A stretch of DNA of 24,000 nucleotides from Alkalibacterium putridalgicola. Lineage in GTDB: Bacteria; Bacillota; Bacilli; Lactobacillales; Carnobacteriaceae_A. The stretch is taken from positions 60,843 to 84,842 of the forward strand of contig NZ_FOBL01000009.1 of the NCBI RefSeq assembly GCF_900109825.1. Direction: 5' to 3'. Positions within the stretch are counted from its first letter, which is position 1; every line of letters begins with the position of its first letter. Below are positions 23,928 to 24,000 of this stretch, piece by piece. A program made the translations under genes and the position numbers. A model generated the notes under the pieces. It did not search any database and had not been told where the DNA came from. It worked only from the letters and a program-made list of their open reading frames with translations.

Positions 23928-24000
23928 ATTTTGGTACTCTCTCATCCTTTGGTATAACGGAACTGTATCCGATAATGGTAGTACGCTTAATTATTTTGGT
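23928..24000 (+). CRISPR. Start of a type II-A CRISPR array (repeat 1, spacer 1, first 8 nt of repeat 2), truncated by the window end
   Basis: Repeat 1 is ATTTTGGTACTCTCTCATCCTTTGGTATAACGGAAC (23928-23963, 36 nt). The spacer is tgtatccgataatggtagtacgcttaatt (23964-23992, 29 nt). ATTTTGGT recurs at 23993-24000, giving a period of 65. The repeat is complementary to the tracrRNA anti-repeat and shares the GTACTCT core with Sa/St1-type repeats. The repeat/spacer boundary is uncertain by 1 nt. Confidence 0.85.

Noticed and set aside
23964-23992. Possible self-targeting by spacer 1 (tgtatccgataatggtagtacgcttaatt)
   Set aside because: No matching protospacer was seen elsewhere in the window. The closest is a ~7-nt coincidence near 15330. 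This needs a genome or phage database search.

Overview
This was read by hand with no tools. All coordinates are hand-indexed, and statements about GC content are eyeball estimates. The window looks like a chromosome segment from a low-GC Gram-positive (Bacilli-like) bacterium.

Positions 1 to about 16,000 are mostly ordinary chromosome with moderate GC. In order, this part contains:
- the 5' part of rnc (RNase III), which is open at the left edge and is missing from the ORF track
- a cytoplasmic parallel beta-helix protein
- two tandem paralogous membrane-anchored small proteins
- a small AT-rich islet carrying a RelE/ParE-Phd/YefM toxin-antitoxin pair
- a complete minus-strand cellobiose/beta-glucoside PTS operon (EIIB, EIIC, EIIA, GH1 6-phospho-beta-glucosidase, LicR-type PRD regulator)
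- a SixA-like phosphatase-CHAD fusion
- a DUF427 protein
- a membrane-anchored alpha/beta hydrolase
- a DUF202 protein
- a 99-codon sulfatase remnant
- a SOUL-family protein

From about 16,030 to the right edge the DNA becomes visibly AT-richer. It is gene-poor at first and then carries the main item, a complete compact type II-A CRISPR-Cas9 locus. Its gene order is:
- cas9: 1080 aa from the RBS-supported start, SaCas9/St1Cas9-like architecture, RuvC and HNH motifs intact
- tracrRNA: between cas9 and cas1, with its own near-consensus sigma-A promoter, a 31-bp interrupted anti-repeat, a nexus hairpin and a terminator
- cas1
- cas2
- a 311-aa long-form csn2-like gene
- the first CRISPR repeat, starting only 10 nt after the csn2 stop

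The array is cut by the window edge after one full 36-nt repeat, one 29-nt spacer and 8 nt of the second repeat. Whether this Cas9 ortholog has already been characterised cannot be decided without a database search. Its PAM cannot be read from this window.
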